From contig CP002098.1 in assembly GCA_000145985.1 (NCBI GenBank), positions 904,182-936,181 of the forward strand: a stretch of DNA of 32,000 nt, read 5' to 3'. Positions 7,238 to 15,941 of this stretch are shown one piece after another; within the stretch, counting starts at the first letter, position 1, and every line of letters begins with the position of its first letter. Source of the DNA: Ignisphaera aggregans DSM 17230 (GTDB taxonomy: Archaea > Thermoproteota > Thermoprotei_A > Sulfolobales > Ignisphaeraceae). The notes beneath the pieces are model-generated. The model was not told the DNA's origin and made no database searches. It worked only from the letters and a program-made list of their open reading frames with translations. The translations under genes were made by a program, and so were the position numbers.

Positions 7238-10009
7238 TTATCTTCTTTTTATGAAGTATCCTATTGCGAATCCTATTATTAGTAGTACTACTGCTAGTAT
7301 TATTGTTGTTGTCCATTCTGTTACTGTTACTGTTGTTGATGTTGTAACTGTTGTTGGAACTGTAACAGTTGTTGCCATAGTTGATGTAGATACAACAGTT
7401 GTTGTTATAGTAATGGTGGTAGCACCGGGAACAGGTGTTGGCGAAGGAGATGGACTTGGACTTGGGCTAGGTGAAGGACTTGGAGATGGAGATGGACTTG
7501 GCGAAGGAGATGGACTAGGAGTAGGTGCTTTTGTGATTATGAATGTTCCTTTGGCTATAGATGGAATACCAACAAGTTTAGATACTACTATGACTGTAAC
7601 TTCTGCTGGTCCTGGTTGTAGTTTTGCTGTATCTTCTGGTCCTAATGTTATTGTGAATACACCGTCTTTAACTGGTGTTGCTGTACCTGTTATTACTCCT
7701 CCTGGATGTACTAGCATATATTTTACAAAGCTTATATCTTCTAATTTATATGGCTGTCCCTTGAATGTTACTGTAATGTCTATCGATGCACTAGTTCCTA
7801 TGGCTATTGATGGTGGTGGTGATACTTTTACTTCTGCTATCATTGGCTCGCTAAACATTAGCCATTTGTCTGCTGTAAATGGATATTCTCTATATGCTTT
7901 TAATACAACTATTTTTGCTGTAGGATCAACTTTATCTAGATAGAATGGACCGTTTCCTACCCAGAAATGCCCTTTCTCACTATACCACTTCTTTAGATTT
8001 TGATATCTTGTTACCACTTCTTGTTCTGATAGATATTTTCCTAAAACCTCTTTATAGGGAATGAACTTCTCTGAGATAGCTCTATCAAGCATAGATGCTA
8101 ATATATCTAGTGATGGACCTGCAATCATATTCATCCACTCAACCTTTAGAGCATCAGCTTTATCTGATGAAAAGGCAAGCTGTTTTTCTGCTTCAGCTAG
8201 CCATCCAATTGCTAGGACATGCCATGGCCCTGGACCGTAGGCATAGTTGGGATAGAATGCATCTGCAGCTACCTCAGCTATCCACTCTGCATCCATATAC
8301 CATGTATCTGTATAATATTCTATCACAAGAGGATCTTGTGAAACAATTCTAAAACCTCTAAATGTTTCTCTAAATGCTTCAACTGATGGTACCTGGGACT
8401 CGTCGTATATTGGGCTATTAGGATCTGCAACATCAAATGAAAGTATGTACTTCATTATGAAGTCTGCTATACTAAATGTACTTCCGTCATGCCATTTAAC
8501 ATTTCTGAATAGATCATCCTGATAATAGACAACAACCTTTGTAGTAGCATTAGTTATACCCTTCTCTCCACATGTAACAATCTTCATAGCAGTATAGTTC
8601 CAGTCACACCATGCATCAGATGGAACCTTTATCTCATCAGCAAACTTTAGATCAACCCAGTTAAGTGTCTTTGTTACTGGTAATCCTGTTTTTACTGTAA
8701 CCTCTGCCTTCTTTACTGTAGAGGGCCAGTAGAGTCCTGTGTAAGGATCTGGCATTACTGCATATTCTCCTGTAGCTCTAATAATTGTTTGATCGAATAT
8801 CCAGTTAGTACCAGCAATGGGATTCCATGGCTGTGTCAATATATCTGGTATAGCAATTTTAACACTACCGCCAACTCTACCTTCATATCTTAGTGTATGT
8901 GGCCATAATCTTGAGCCAGAGAAACCACCTGCAAGATCATATGCTAATGATATCTCTTTCCTAGATACCCATATAGTCGTTAAATGAACTAGCCATATCC
9001 TTACAGAATCCTTCATTGATAGAATCAATGCTTTTCTCATAAGCTCATCTCTTTCCTCTATACTCTTAAAGTTTCTCATCCATAAAGCTTTAGCTACTTC
9101 ATAGAACTCTGGATCAGGTTTGTATGCCTGCCATAAGGGGTCTGTTCTACCTAGAGGTGTATAGAAATACCCGAAGTTGTCAGCCTCATCTCGAGATACA
9201 ATAGTTGTTATCCAGCCTCCTGTATATAGATGCCACTGTCCCTCAGCAGGGTCACTAGCTATCCATATTGGTGCTAAATCTCTACTCCTTCCATATTTTC
9301 TCTCAACAGTAAATCCGAGTTTCTCAAGCTGTGATGCTGCATAGTCTCCTATCTGCCTTCTAGCATCCTCCGTTCTAATTAAGAATATAATGGTTACAGG
9401 TTCTCCCTTATAGTACCACTTATTTTCAGCTTCATTAAACACAGCTCCAAGTTTCTTCATCTCTTCAAATATAATCTGTTTACCCTTCTCAAAATTATAG
9501 CTATACTCTGTCTCTATCTGATATATAACATCAGCATATCTACCATAATCAGGAAAACTAGGTGCTAATGCTGTATATCTTGGAACAGCTAATCCACCCA
9601 TAATCTCATTGGCTATATAATCTCTATCCACTATATAATTCATAGCCTCTCTTATTCTTGGTACAGCAAATGGATTTAGTTTACCGTTCTTAAATTCTGG
9701 TCCTGAAGGATTAAATGTTAAATCATAGTATAGTCCAAAGGATCTAACATATTTTAGTTCTGGAGAAGCCTTCACCTTTTGAAATAGAGTTACATCTCCA
9801 ATATCGTCAAAATACACTTGAATTTCATTCTTAATCATCATATCCACAGCTTTACTAGCATCTGATTCAACTATAAATACTACTTCATCTACCCATGGAC
9901 CTCTAGGTGCTTGTTGTGCTGATGATCCTGCTATTAGTAGTGGTGATATGCTTAAAACCAATATTATTAGCATTGTTAGTGAGATTAGCTTTTGATTTTT
10001 GAATATCAA
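7238..10009 (-). CDS. ABC transporter substrate-binding protein (family 5, Opp/Dpp-type), surface-anchored, 923 aa
   Basis: N-terminal signal-like segment ([33 protein letters not shown]). A long family-5-like SBP body is followed by an extra ~100-aa beta-rich segment, a (PS)14 linker, a Thr/Val-rich stalk, a C-terminal TM helix and a KRR tail. TTG start at 10009 with AGGTGG (10017-10022) 7 nt upstream. Confidence 0.85.
   Translation of the reverse strand: [923 protein letters not shown]
7441..7530 (-). repeat. coding low-complexity repeat: (Pro-Ser)14 linker with ~60-bp internal direct repeat
   Basis: TTGGCGAAGGAGATGGACT occurs at 7438-7456 and again at 7498-7516. The minus-strand translation is [32 protein letters not shown]. 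Confidence 0.9.
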
Positions 10010-10098
10010 ACAGATACCACCTTTAAGTGTATTAACTATTGAAAGAGCTTTATAACTTTTTAAGAGAGCTTTACGGTAATAATATTTATTGTGGGGAG

Positions 10099-10713
10099 AT
10101 GGTTTTGGAGCTAGTGGATGAGGTTAATAAGCTTAGGAATTATTTTGATAGGATTGATAGTGTTAGGGAGAATCTTGTTAAGAGGTCTAGGGATTTTCTT
10201 CAGCTTTGTAGAAGAGTTGTTCATGGATGTGTTAAGGGTGATAATGTTGATGCTCTTGTTATGTCTTTAGAGAATATGTATAGAGAGCTTGTTGAAACTG
10301 TTAGGAATGTGCCTGAGCTTTTGTATTCTGGTTTGTTCTACTCTATAGCATCCGAGTATGTTGAGGCTATGGAGCTTTATAGCATTATCAAGAATAGAGA
10401 GTTGCTTGGTATAGAGAGGTTAGATGTTCATCCAATACCTTTTGTTCTTGGTTTAGCTGATCTGATTGGTGAGCTGAAGAGGGTTTCTCTTGAGTATGTT
10501 AGGTTGGAGAGATATAGAGAGGCTATGGAGTTTATGGAGATTGCTGAGAATATCTATGATGCTCTAAGCTCATTGAGCTATACAGATGCTGTTATCCCTG
10601 GGTTTAGGAGGAAGATTGATGTTTATAGAAAGGTTATTGATGATTGGAAGGAGCTTATGATAGATCTTATGTCTAGATATGAGCTAAAGAATATTATTAG
10701 AAGGAATGTATAG
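10099..10713 (+). CDS. translin/TRAX family protein (archaeal C3PO-like)
   Basis: All-helical ~204-aa protein. IASEYVEAMELYSI resembles the TRAX QEYVEA acidic motif, and GLADLIGELKRVSLEY resembles the translin/TRAX G-x-ADLTGELMR motif. I prefer ATG 10099 (MVLELVDEVNKL); the ORF track extends to a TTG at 10039 that would overlap the TATA-like element at 10047-10064. Confidence 0.6.
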   Translation: MVLELVDEVNKLRNYFDRIDSVRENLVKRSRDFLQLCRRVVHGCVKGDNVDALVMSLENMYRELVETVRNVPELLYSGLFYSIASEYVEAMELYSIIKNRELLGIERLDVHPIPFVLGLADLIGELKRVSLEYVRLERYREAMEFMEIAENIYDALSSLSYTDAVIPGFRRKIDVYRKVIDDWKELMIDLMSRYELKNIIRRNV

Positions 10714-10715
10714 AG

Positions 10716-11678
10716 CTATCTAAGGTGATAGACATCACCTGCATCAATACTAACTATATCTCTACCTGTATCAATCTGAAGCCTACCAATCTCATCAACA
10801 TCTATAGCTCTACCAATAATCTCCTCACCACTCACTAGAACTACCTTCACCTCTCTCCCCCTAGTCAACAACATCTCTCTATACCTAGATACAATATCTC
10901 TATATCTACCAGTCAACATATATCCATAGTATCTATAAAGTCTTGCAACTATAACTGTTAGGAGGGTTGCCCTAGGAATATATCTACCAACAACATCTTT
11001 TAGAGCTATAGCTATATCCCTAATATCGCTAGGTATATCGTTATTAACATTGATACCTATGCCAATAACTATATGTCTAATTCTATCAGCCTCAACCTCA
11101 CCCTCGACAAGAATCCCACAAACCTTCTTCCCACCGATAATAACATCATTTGGCCATTTAACCCCTGCACCAACACCTAGAAGAATATTTATTGCTTCTG
11201 CAACAGCAAGACTACCAACAATACTAAGAAAATGCAACCTATCTATATATCTAGGCCTCAGCAATATGGAGAACCATAGACCACCTCTAGGAGCGTACCA
11301 CATTCTACCAAGCCTACCCCTACCACGAAACATCTCCTCACATACAACAATACTCCACTCAGAAGCACCGGAATACGCCATCTCCTTAGCTATATCCTGT
11401 GAAGATCTATCACACCTTGGAAAGATAACAATATTTGCTCCAACTCCTACCATCTCTAGAAGCTGTATAGCATCACTAAGATTATCACTCATAGGAAGAA
11501 TATACCCTCTACCGGGAACAGATTTTATGGGGAGACCAAAACTCCTTAGGAAGTCTATAGCCTTGTGAATCAAAGCTCTAGAGACTCCTAGCTCCTGTGC
11601 AATCCTATTCCCATTAACAATATCCCCTACTCTAAGACGCTCCAACAATGCTCTAACAATATAGTTCTCTATATCCAT
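10716..11678 (-). CDS. birA: bifunctional biotin--protein ligase / biotin operon repressor
   Basis: N-terminal HTH (GNRIAQELGVSRALIHKAIDFLRSFGLPI), catalytic GRGRLGRMWYAPRGG (GRGRxGRxW) and KWPNDV motifs, and a C-terminal SH3-like tail. It is divergent from bioY. Confidence 0.9.
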   Translation of the reverse strand: MDIENYIVRALLERLRVGDIVNGNRIAQELGVSRALIHKAIDFLRSFGLPIKSVPGRGYILPMSDNLSDAIQLLEMVGVGANIVIFPRCDRSSQDIAKEMAYSGASEWSIVVCEEMFRGRGRLGRMWYAPRGGLWFSILLRPRYIDRLHFLSIVGSLAVAEAINILLGVGAGVKWPNDVIIGGKKVCGILVEGEVEADRIRHIVIGIGINVNNDIPSDIRDIAIALKDVVGRYIPRATLLTVIVARLYRYYGYMLTGRYRDIVSRYREMLLTRGREVKVVLVSGEEIIGRAIDVDEIGRLQIDTGRDIVSIDAGDVYHLR

Positions 11679-11722
11679 ATAAATCCTAGATACATACCTC
11701 TCTCCAACTTATATTGCTTACT

Positions 11723-11775
11723 ATAAACAGTTTACTAGAAAACCTTATATACTCAAGCCTAGGCTATGTAAACAG
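11723..11775. promoter_or_regulatory. candidate BirA operator elements flanking the bioY TATA box
   Basis: The palindrome TAAAC-A-GTTTA (11724-11734) and a repeat of TAAACAG (11724-11730 and 11769-11775, the latter as TGTAAACAG) flank the TATA-like CCTTATATAC (11743-11752). TGTAAAC/GTTTACA are the half-site cores of the bacterial BirA operator. The arrangement differs from the classical site, so this is tentative. Confidence 0.3.
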
Positions 11776-11790
11776 ATCATGTGGTAAATT

Positions 11791-12441
11791 ATGAGTGGGT
11801 TAACTAGACATACCTCCTATTTAATCATGTCCTTCAGCATTGTTGCTATGGCTATAGGCTCATGGATCTCCTTCTATGTGGGTCCAATACCATATACATT
11901 CCAAAACCTTGGCGTTGTATTAACAGGGCTTTTATTACCACCGAGATATTCCTTTAGTGCTATAGGGCTATATCTACTGCTTATAGCTATCGGTATGCCT
12001 ATAGCTGCTGGTTTTAGGGGTGGTATCCATGTTTTGTATGGATATACAGCTGGATATCTATGGGGATTCCTGCTATCTGCACCACTCCTATCTCTAGTCT
12101 CTAGACGGTATCTCAAAGCTGTTGGGAAGAGCCTTGGAGATATAGATAGGAAGAATGTTGCTATACTCCTTGCACTAGTCTCTATAGCTATGATACCTAC
12201 ATATATTCTTGGGGTGGCTGTTCTCTACATATATATATTCAAATTGCCAACACTGTATAGATGGGCTGAAGCTATATCTCTATACATAGGTATTCCAAAT
12301 ATATCGCCAATAGCTATGAGCTTTATAGTAGGTATGCTTGTTTTTCTACCCCAGGATATATTCATGGATCATCTTATAGCTATTCTAGTTGCTAGAGAGA
12401 TTTATAGGTATCTGTATAGGAGGGGTATAGCTGTTGGGTAG
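11791..12441 (+). CDS. bioY: biotin ECF transporter S component
   Basis: PYTFQNLGVVLTGLLLPPRYS...IGMPIAAGFRGGIHVLYGYTAGYLWGFLLSAP parallels the BioY pattern (TLQ-L-V-LAG..LG......G.P.F.G..GG...L.GPTGGYL.GF). It has six hydrophobic helices and sits next to birA. Confidence 0.85.
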   Translation: MSGLTRHTSYLIMSFSIVAMAIGSWISFYVGPIPYTFQNLGVVLTGLLLPPRYSFSAIGLYLLLIAIGMPIAAGFRGGIHVLYGYTAGYLWGFLLSAPLLSLVSRRYLKAVGKSLGDIDRKNVAILLALVSIAMIPTYILGVAVLYIYIFKLPTLYRWAEAISLYIGIPNISPIAMSFIVGMLVFLPQDIFMDHLIAILVAREIYRYLYRRGIAVG

Positions 12442-13681
12442 AGCTATAATTGTTAGAGATATGTATATAGAGAATATCTATGGGGATAAGATCTTAGATC
12501 CCATAACATTTGAGGTTGGTGAAGGCGATATAGCTCTCATCTATGGTGATTGCGGATCTGGTAAGAGTCTCCTCCTCAAATCTATAGCTGGTATAATACA
12601 TGCTCTATATCCTGGGTTAAAGATCTATGGAGATATATATGTATATGGATATAGACCTATAGAGGCTCTAGAAAAGGGATACACCATCTATATACCACAA
12701 GACATATCCCTCACAATGATAACAACATCTCTTTTAGAAGAGCTAGAGTTCTATGGCATAGATATAGATGACGATATCCTTAGAATGCTTAGTGCTGTAG
12801 ATATAGCTTCGAGACCCATAAACACTTTGTCCGCTGGAGAGAGATATAGAGTAATGCTTGCTCTAGCTCTACATCTAGGGAAAAAGATTGTTCTCATCGA
12901 TGAGCCTTCGGCATATATAGACAGCATATCTATGCCAAAGATAGTCTCTGAGCTAAGGAGATATGCAAAAGAGAATAACGTTACAATAATATTTACTGAC
13001 CATAGAAAAGAGCTATTTGGAGAATATATAGATCTCTATATAGGGCTTGGAGATAAGACGTTTTGTATAGCTGTTGAACCGCATGAAGATTATGATGATA
13101 GCGATATAGTTGTTAGACTTAGCAATATATCTTTTAGCTATAGAGATAGAGAGATTGTTAGAGATCTATCCATAGATATTTGGAGAGGTGATATTGTAGC
13201 TATAGTTGGATCTAATGGCTCTGGAAAAACAACTCTTATCAAACTCATGCTCGGCTTATTAAAGCCTAGGAGAGGTAGGGTTGAGAAACACTATAGAGAT
13301 GCTTTCTATATTCCTCAGCTAACTAGCTATTGGATGATTGGAAGAGATCTCATATCTATACTAAGGGAGTTTGGTATCAATGAGAAGATTCTTATATATA
13401 CGGGTTTATGGGAGAAACATAGCTTTACCCCATATAGCTTAAGTCTAGGTGAAGTGAGGAGATTTGGCATATATATGGCTATATATAGCGATAGAGATAT
13501 TGTTTTTATAGATGAAGCTCTACTCGGACTTGACACAAAATCTATTGAATGTATAAAGAGTTTATTTGAGTGGACTAGAAAAAAGAAGACTAAGGCCATA
13601 GTATTCTCTACACATGACAAAAACCTGGCATATAGCTTCAATCCGACAAAGGTTATAGACCTTGATAAAAACAGTAGCTAG
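12434..13681 (+). CDS. ECF transporter ATPase, fused tandem A-A' (compact, 415 aa)
   Basis: Two ABC cassettes. The first has GDCGSGKS, LSAGERYR, IVLIDEPSAYID and TDHR. The second has GSNGSGKTT, LSLGEVRR, IVFIDEALLGLD and STHD. The TTG start (12434) overlaps the bioY stop; an alternative ATG is at 12461. Confidence 0.8.
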   Translation: MGRAIIVRDMYIENIYGDKILDPITFEVGEGDIALIYGDCGSGKSLLLKSIAGIIHALYPGLKIYGDIYVYGYRPIEALEKGYTIYIPQDISLTMITTSLLEELEFYGIDIDDDILRMLSAVDIASRPINTLSAGERYRVMLALALHLGKKIVLIDEPSAYIDSISMPKIVSELRRYAKENNVTIIFTDHRKELFGEYIDLYIGLGDKTFCIAVEPHEDYDDSDIVVRLSNISFSYRDREIVRDLSIDIWRGDIVAIVGSNGSGKTTLIKLMLGLLKPRRGRVEKHYRDAFYIPQLTSYWMIGRDLISILREFGINEKILIYTGLWEKHSFTPYSLSLGEVRRFGIYMAIYSDRDIVFIDEALLGLDTKSIECIKSLFEWTRKKKTKAIVFSTHDKNLAYSFNPTKVIDLDKNSS

Positions 13682-14258
13682 AAAAATCCTCCCCATAACT
13701 ACTATAGCATTATTACTCATTCTACAGATACTCTATAGAGATATTATCAGCTCTATAGCTATACTCATAGCAATAATTACAATAGTCTATATCTTTAGGA
13801 TGCAGATGGTGAAGACATATATTAGCATTATAGCTATATTCATAGCCATCTACACCACCATAACGATAATCCTCCAGATACTGGCTCTAAACACAGTAGA
13901 TATATATGGTATTGCCATGATATCTATAAACATATTAACAATATCTCTAGGGATGATGACAATTATAACAATTCTCTATAGGCATATAGCAAAAACATTT
14001 ATATGTAGAGAGAAACTAAGGCTATTGCTCATAGCGCTAAAAGCTCTTGAGGGATTACCACAGGTATTAAAAGAGGCTATAGCTATAAACAAGATAAACT
14101 ATAGATCAAGAAAATCACTTAGAAACATCTTTGTATTCTATACAAGGATTATAATGATGATAAATATAAATGTTTTAAACAATTTGATACAATACTATGA
14201 AAGCCTAGTAACAATGATACCAAGTGCAATGAAATGCCATAAGAGATATACCATGTGA
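13662..14258 (+). CDS. putative ECF transporter T component (short, 198 aa)
   Basis: Membrane protein whose TTG start overlaps the ATPase 3' end by 20 nt. LKEAIAINKINYRSRKSL aligns by eye with the coupling-helix region FSEAITTIRLKYGRRGLF of the clearer EcfT at 26486-27247. It is much shorter than typical EcfT, so the call rests mainly on position. Confidence 0.45.
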   Translation: MIKTVARKILPITTIALLLILQILYRDIISSIAILIAIITIVYIFRMQMVKTYISIIAIFIAIYTTITIILQILALNTVDIYGIAMISINILTISLGMMTIITILYRHIAKTFICREKLRLLLIALKALEGLPQVLKEAIAINKINYRSRKSLRNIFVFYTRIIMMININVLNNLIQYYESLVTMIPSAMKCHKRYTM

Positions 14259-14275
14259 ATCTCATGGGCTATAGA

Positions 14276-15016
14276 TCAGTATATATCTTTAAGCTTAATT
14301 TTCATGGCTATTACCATGGTTAAAATTATGGCTAATGCTAATAGATATACTAGTGATGTTAGTAGATCTATGTTGTAGTTAACTCTGCATGATGCACCAA
14401 TGATATTTGCTATATGTGTTGATGGTAAAACTAATGCGAGGTATCTAAATGGTTCTGGGATATACGATGGTGGATAGTATATTGGTGCTAGGAATACTAA
14501 TATGAAGGAAATAACATTGCTTGTTATAACTATTGTATTATAGTCTTTTGAGCTAAGTACTATGGCTATAGTGAAACCTATTGCTGTAGCTATATACCAA
14601 CCAAGTATTAACCCTATTAAGAATAGCAGTATATTGGCTATACTTAGGATGTTGAGTATATAGAGTGTTATTATCATGATTAGTGTAGCTGGAAATGTCT
14701 GTATAGCATTGGAGAGTATCTGTCCTAGGAAATACTCTATAGATGTTATCGGCTTTGACAATAAAACTTCTATTCTTTTAAGCAGTTTATCTACAGCTAG
14801 ATCTTGACAAGCTGTAACCATGGAATTTGATAGTAATGTAAATATCAGTGTACCTATAGCTATAAAAGATCTATTGTATTCAGATGCTATGAGATAGAAT
14901 GGTACAAGTATTGAGAATGGAAGAAATAGTGTTAGATATAAATAGAATATCTTGTTCTTAAGCATCCACTTTGCATATAGCATACCTATGGCGTAGACCC
15001 TAAGAAGATTCACCAA
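14276..15016 (-). CDS. ABC-2 type exporter permease
   Basis: 246 aa with six hydrophobic helices and an ABC2_membrane-like layout. The start (TTG 15016 or GTG 15013) overlaps the stop of the upstream ATPase. Confidence 0.75.
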   Translation of the reverse strand: MVNLLRVYAIGMLYAKWMLKNKIFYLYLTLFLPFSILVPFYLIASEYNRSFIAIGTLIFTLLSNSMVTACQDLAVDKLLKRIEVLLSKPITSIEYFLGQILSNAIQTFPATLIMIITLYILNILSIANILLFLIGLILGWYIATAIGFTIAIVLSSKDYNTIVITSNVISFILVFLAPIYYPPSYIPEPFRYLALVLPSTHIANIIGASCRVNYNIDLLTSLVYLLALAIILTMVIAMKIKLKDIY

Positions 15017-15914
15017 ATCTCAACACCTCTATATATGACTCCTCAAGACTTGGTCTATCAATACTAAAATCAGCTATATACTCTCTATACATCTCAATAA
15101 ACCGCATTATCTTTATAAGCTCATCATCACTACGAACAAATGCCTCTATCTCTGAGTCTCTATAGCTATATCTATCAATTGGCAGAGCATCTATATACTT
15201 ATTGCTAACAAGTTTTATCTTTACCCTATACCTATATCCAAGTCTATTAATAAGATCCTTTGTAGTTCCATTAAAAATAAGACTACCTCTATAGAGAACC
15301 AATACTCTATCAGCATATTCTTTAACTTCATCGAGATAGTGGGTTACAAGTATAGCTATAGCATCATATTTCTTGAGGTAATCCATAACAATACTCCACA
15401 TCCTCATCCTCATCTCGGGGTCTAGACCAACTGTAGGTTCATCGAGAAACAATATCTGTGGAGAACCTATGAATGCTTGTGCAAGAAGTACCCTCTTCTT
15501 ATATCCACCAGATAGATACACTATCTTTTTATCAGCATAGTCACTAAGCATAAAATCCTCTATCAGTCTATTAACCTCTTTCCTAGCTTCACCAAACCTT
15601 AAACCTTTGATCAATGCAAGATAGTATAGATACTCCCTAACCGATAGATATTCATGTAGCTGTGCCTCCTGAGGCATAACACCAAATAAACCCTTTAATC
15701 TAGCTTCATCAGGGGTCATACCATTTATAGATATATAGCCTTTTGAAGGACTAATCTCACCATCCATAACTCTAATAAGAGATGTCTTGCCAGCACCATT
15801 AGGACCTGCTAATATAACTAATCTCTCTCCATAAAGCCTAAAGCTAACACTTCGAAGAGCAATAACACCACCTCTATATATCTTCCAAACATCATCAACA
15901 TATATCTCAATCAC
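15000..15914 (-). CDS. ABC-2 type exporter ATP-binding protein
   Basis: Walker A GPNGAGKTS, signature LSGGYKKR, Walker B LFLDEPTVGLD, H-loop THY, plus a C-terminal accessory domain typical of DrrA/ABC-2 ATPases. GTG start at 15914 with GAGGTG (15922-15927) 7 nt upstream. Confidence 0.9.
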   Translation of the reverse strand: MIEIYVDDVWKIYRGGVIALRSVSFRLYGERLVILAGPNGAGKTSLIRVMDGEISPSKGYISINGMTPDEARLKGLFGVMPQEAQLHEYLSVREYLYYLALIKGLRFGEARKEVNRLIEDFMLSDYADKKIVYLSGGYKKRVLLAQAFIGSPQILFLDEPTVGLDPEMRMRMWSIVMDYLKKYDAIAILVTHYLDEVKEYADRVLVLYRGSLIFNGTTKDLINRLGYRYRVKIKLVSNKYIDALPIDRYSYRDSEIEAFVRSDDELIKIMRFIEMYREYIADFSIDRPSLEESYIEVLRFGESS

Positions 15915-15941
15915 ACTAAAACACCTCTTAGGTAATACCCA

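Noticed and set aside
7441-7530. Tandem-repeat region considered as a CRISPR or satellite
   Set aside because: The repeats are codon-periodic (Pro-Ser) and lie within a continuous ORF. There is no repeat-spacer structure.
7200-7943. 247-aa plus-strand ORF rich in V/T/G/D
   Set aside because: It is the antisense reading of the Thr/Val stalk and (PS)n linker of the binding-protein gene. Low-complexity coding sequence keeps the opposite strand open. It has no motif and overlaps a well-supported gene entirely.
11050-11568. 172-aa plus-strand ORF
   Set aside because: It lies entirely antisense to birA, whose motifs are unambiguous. The product is proline/serine-rich and has no recognisable motif.
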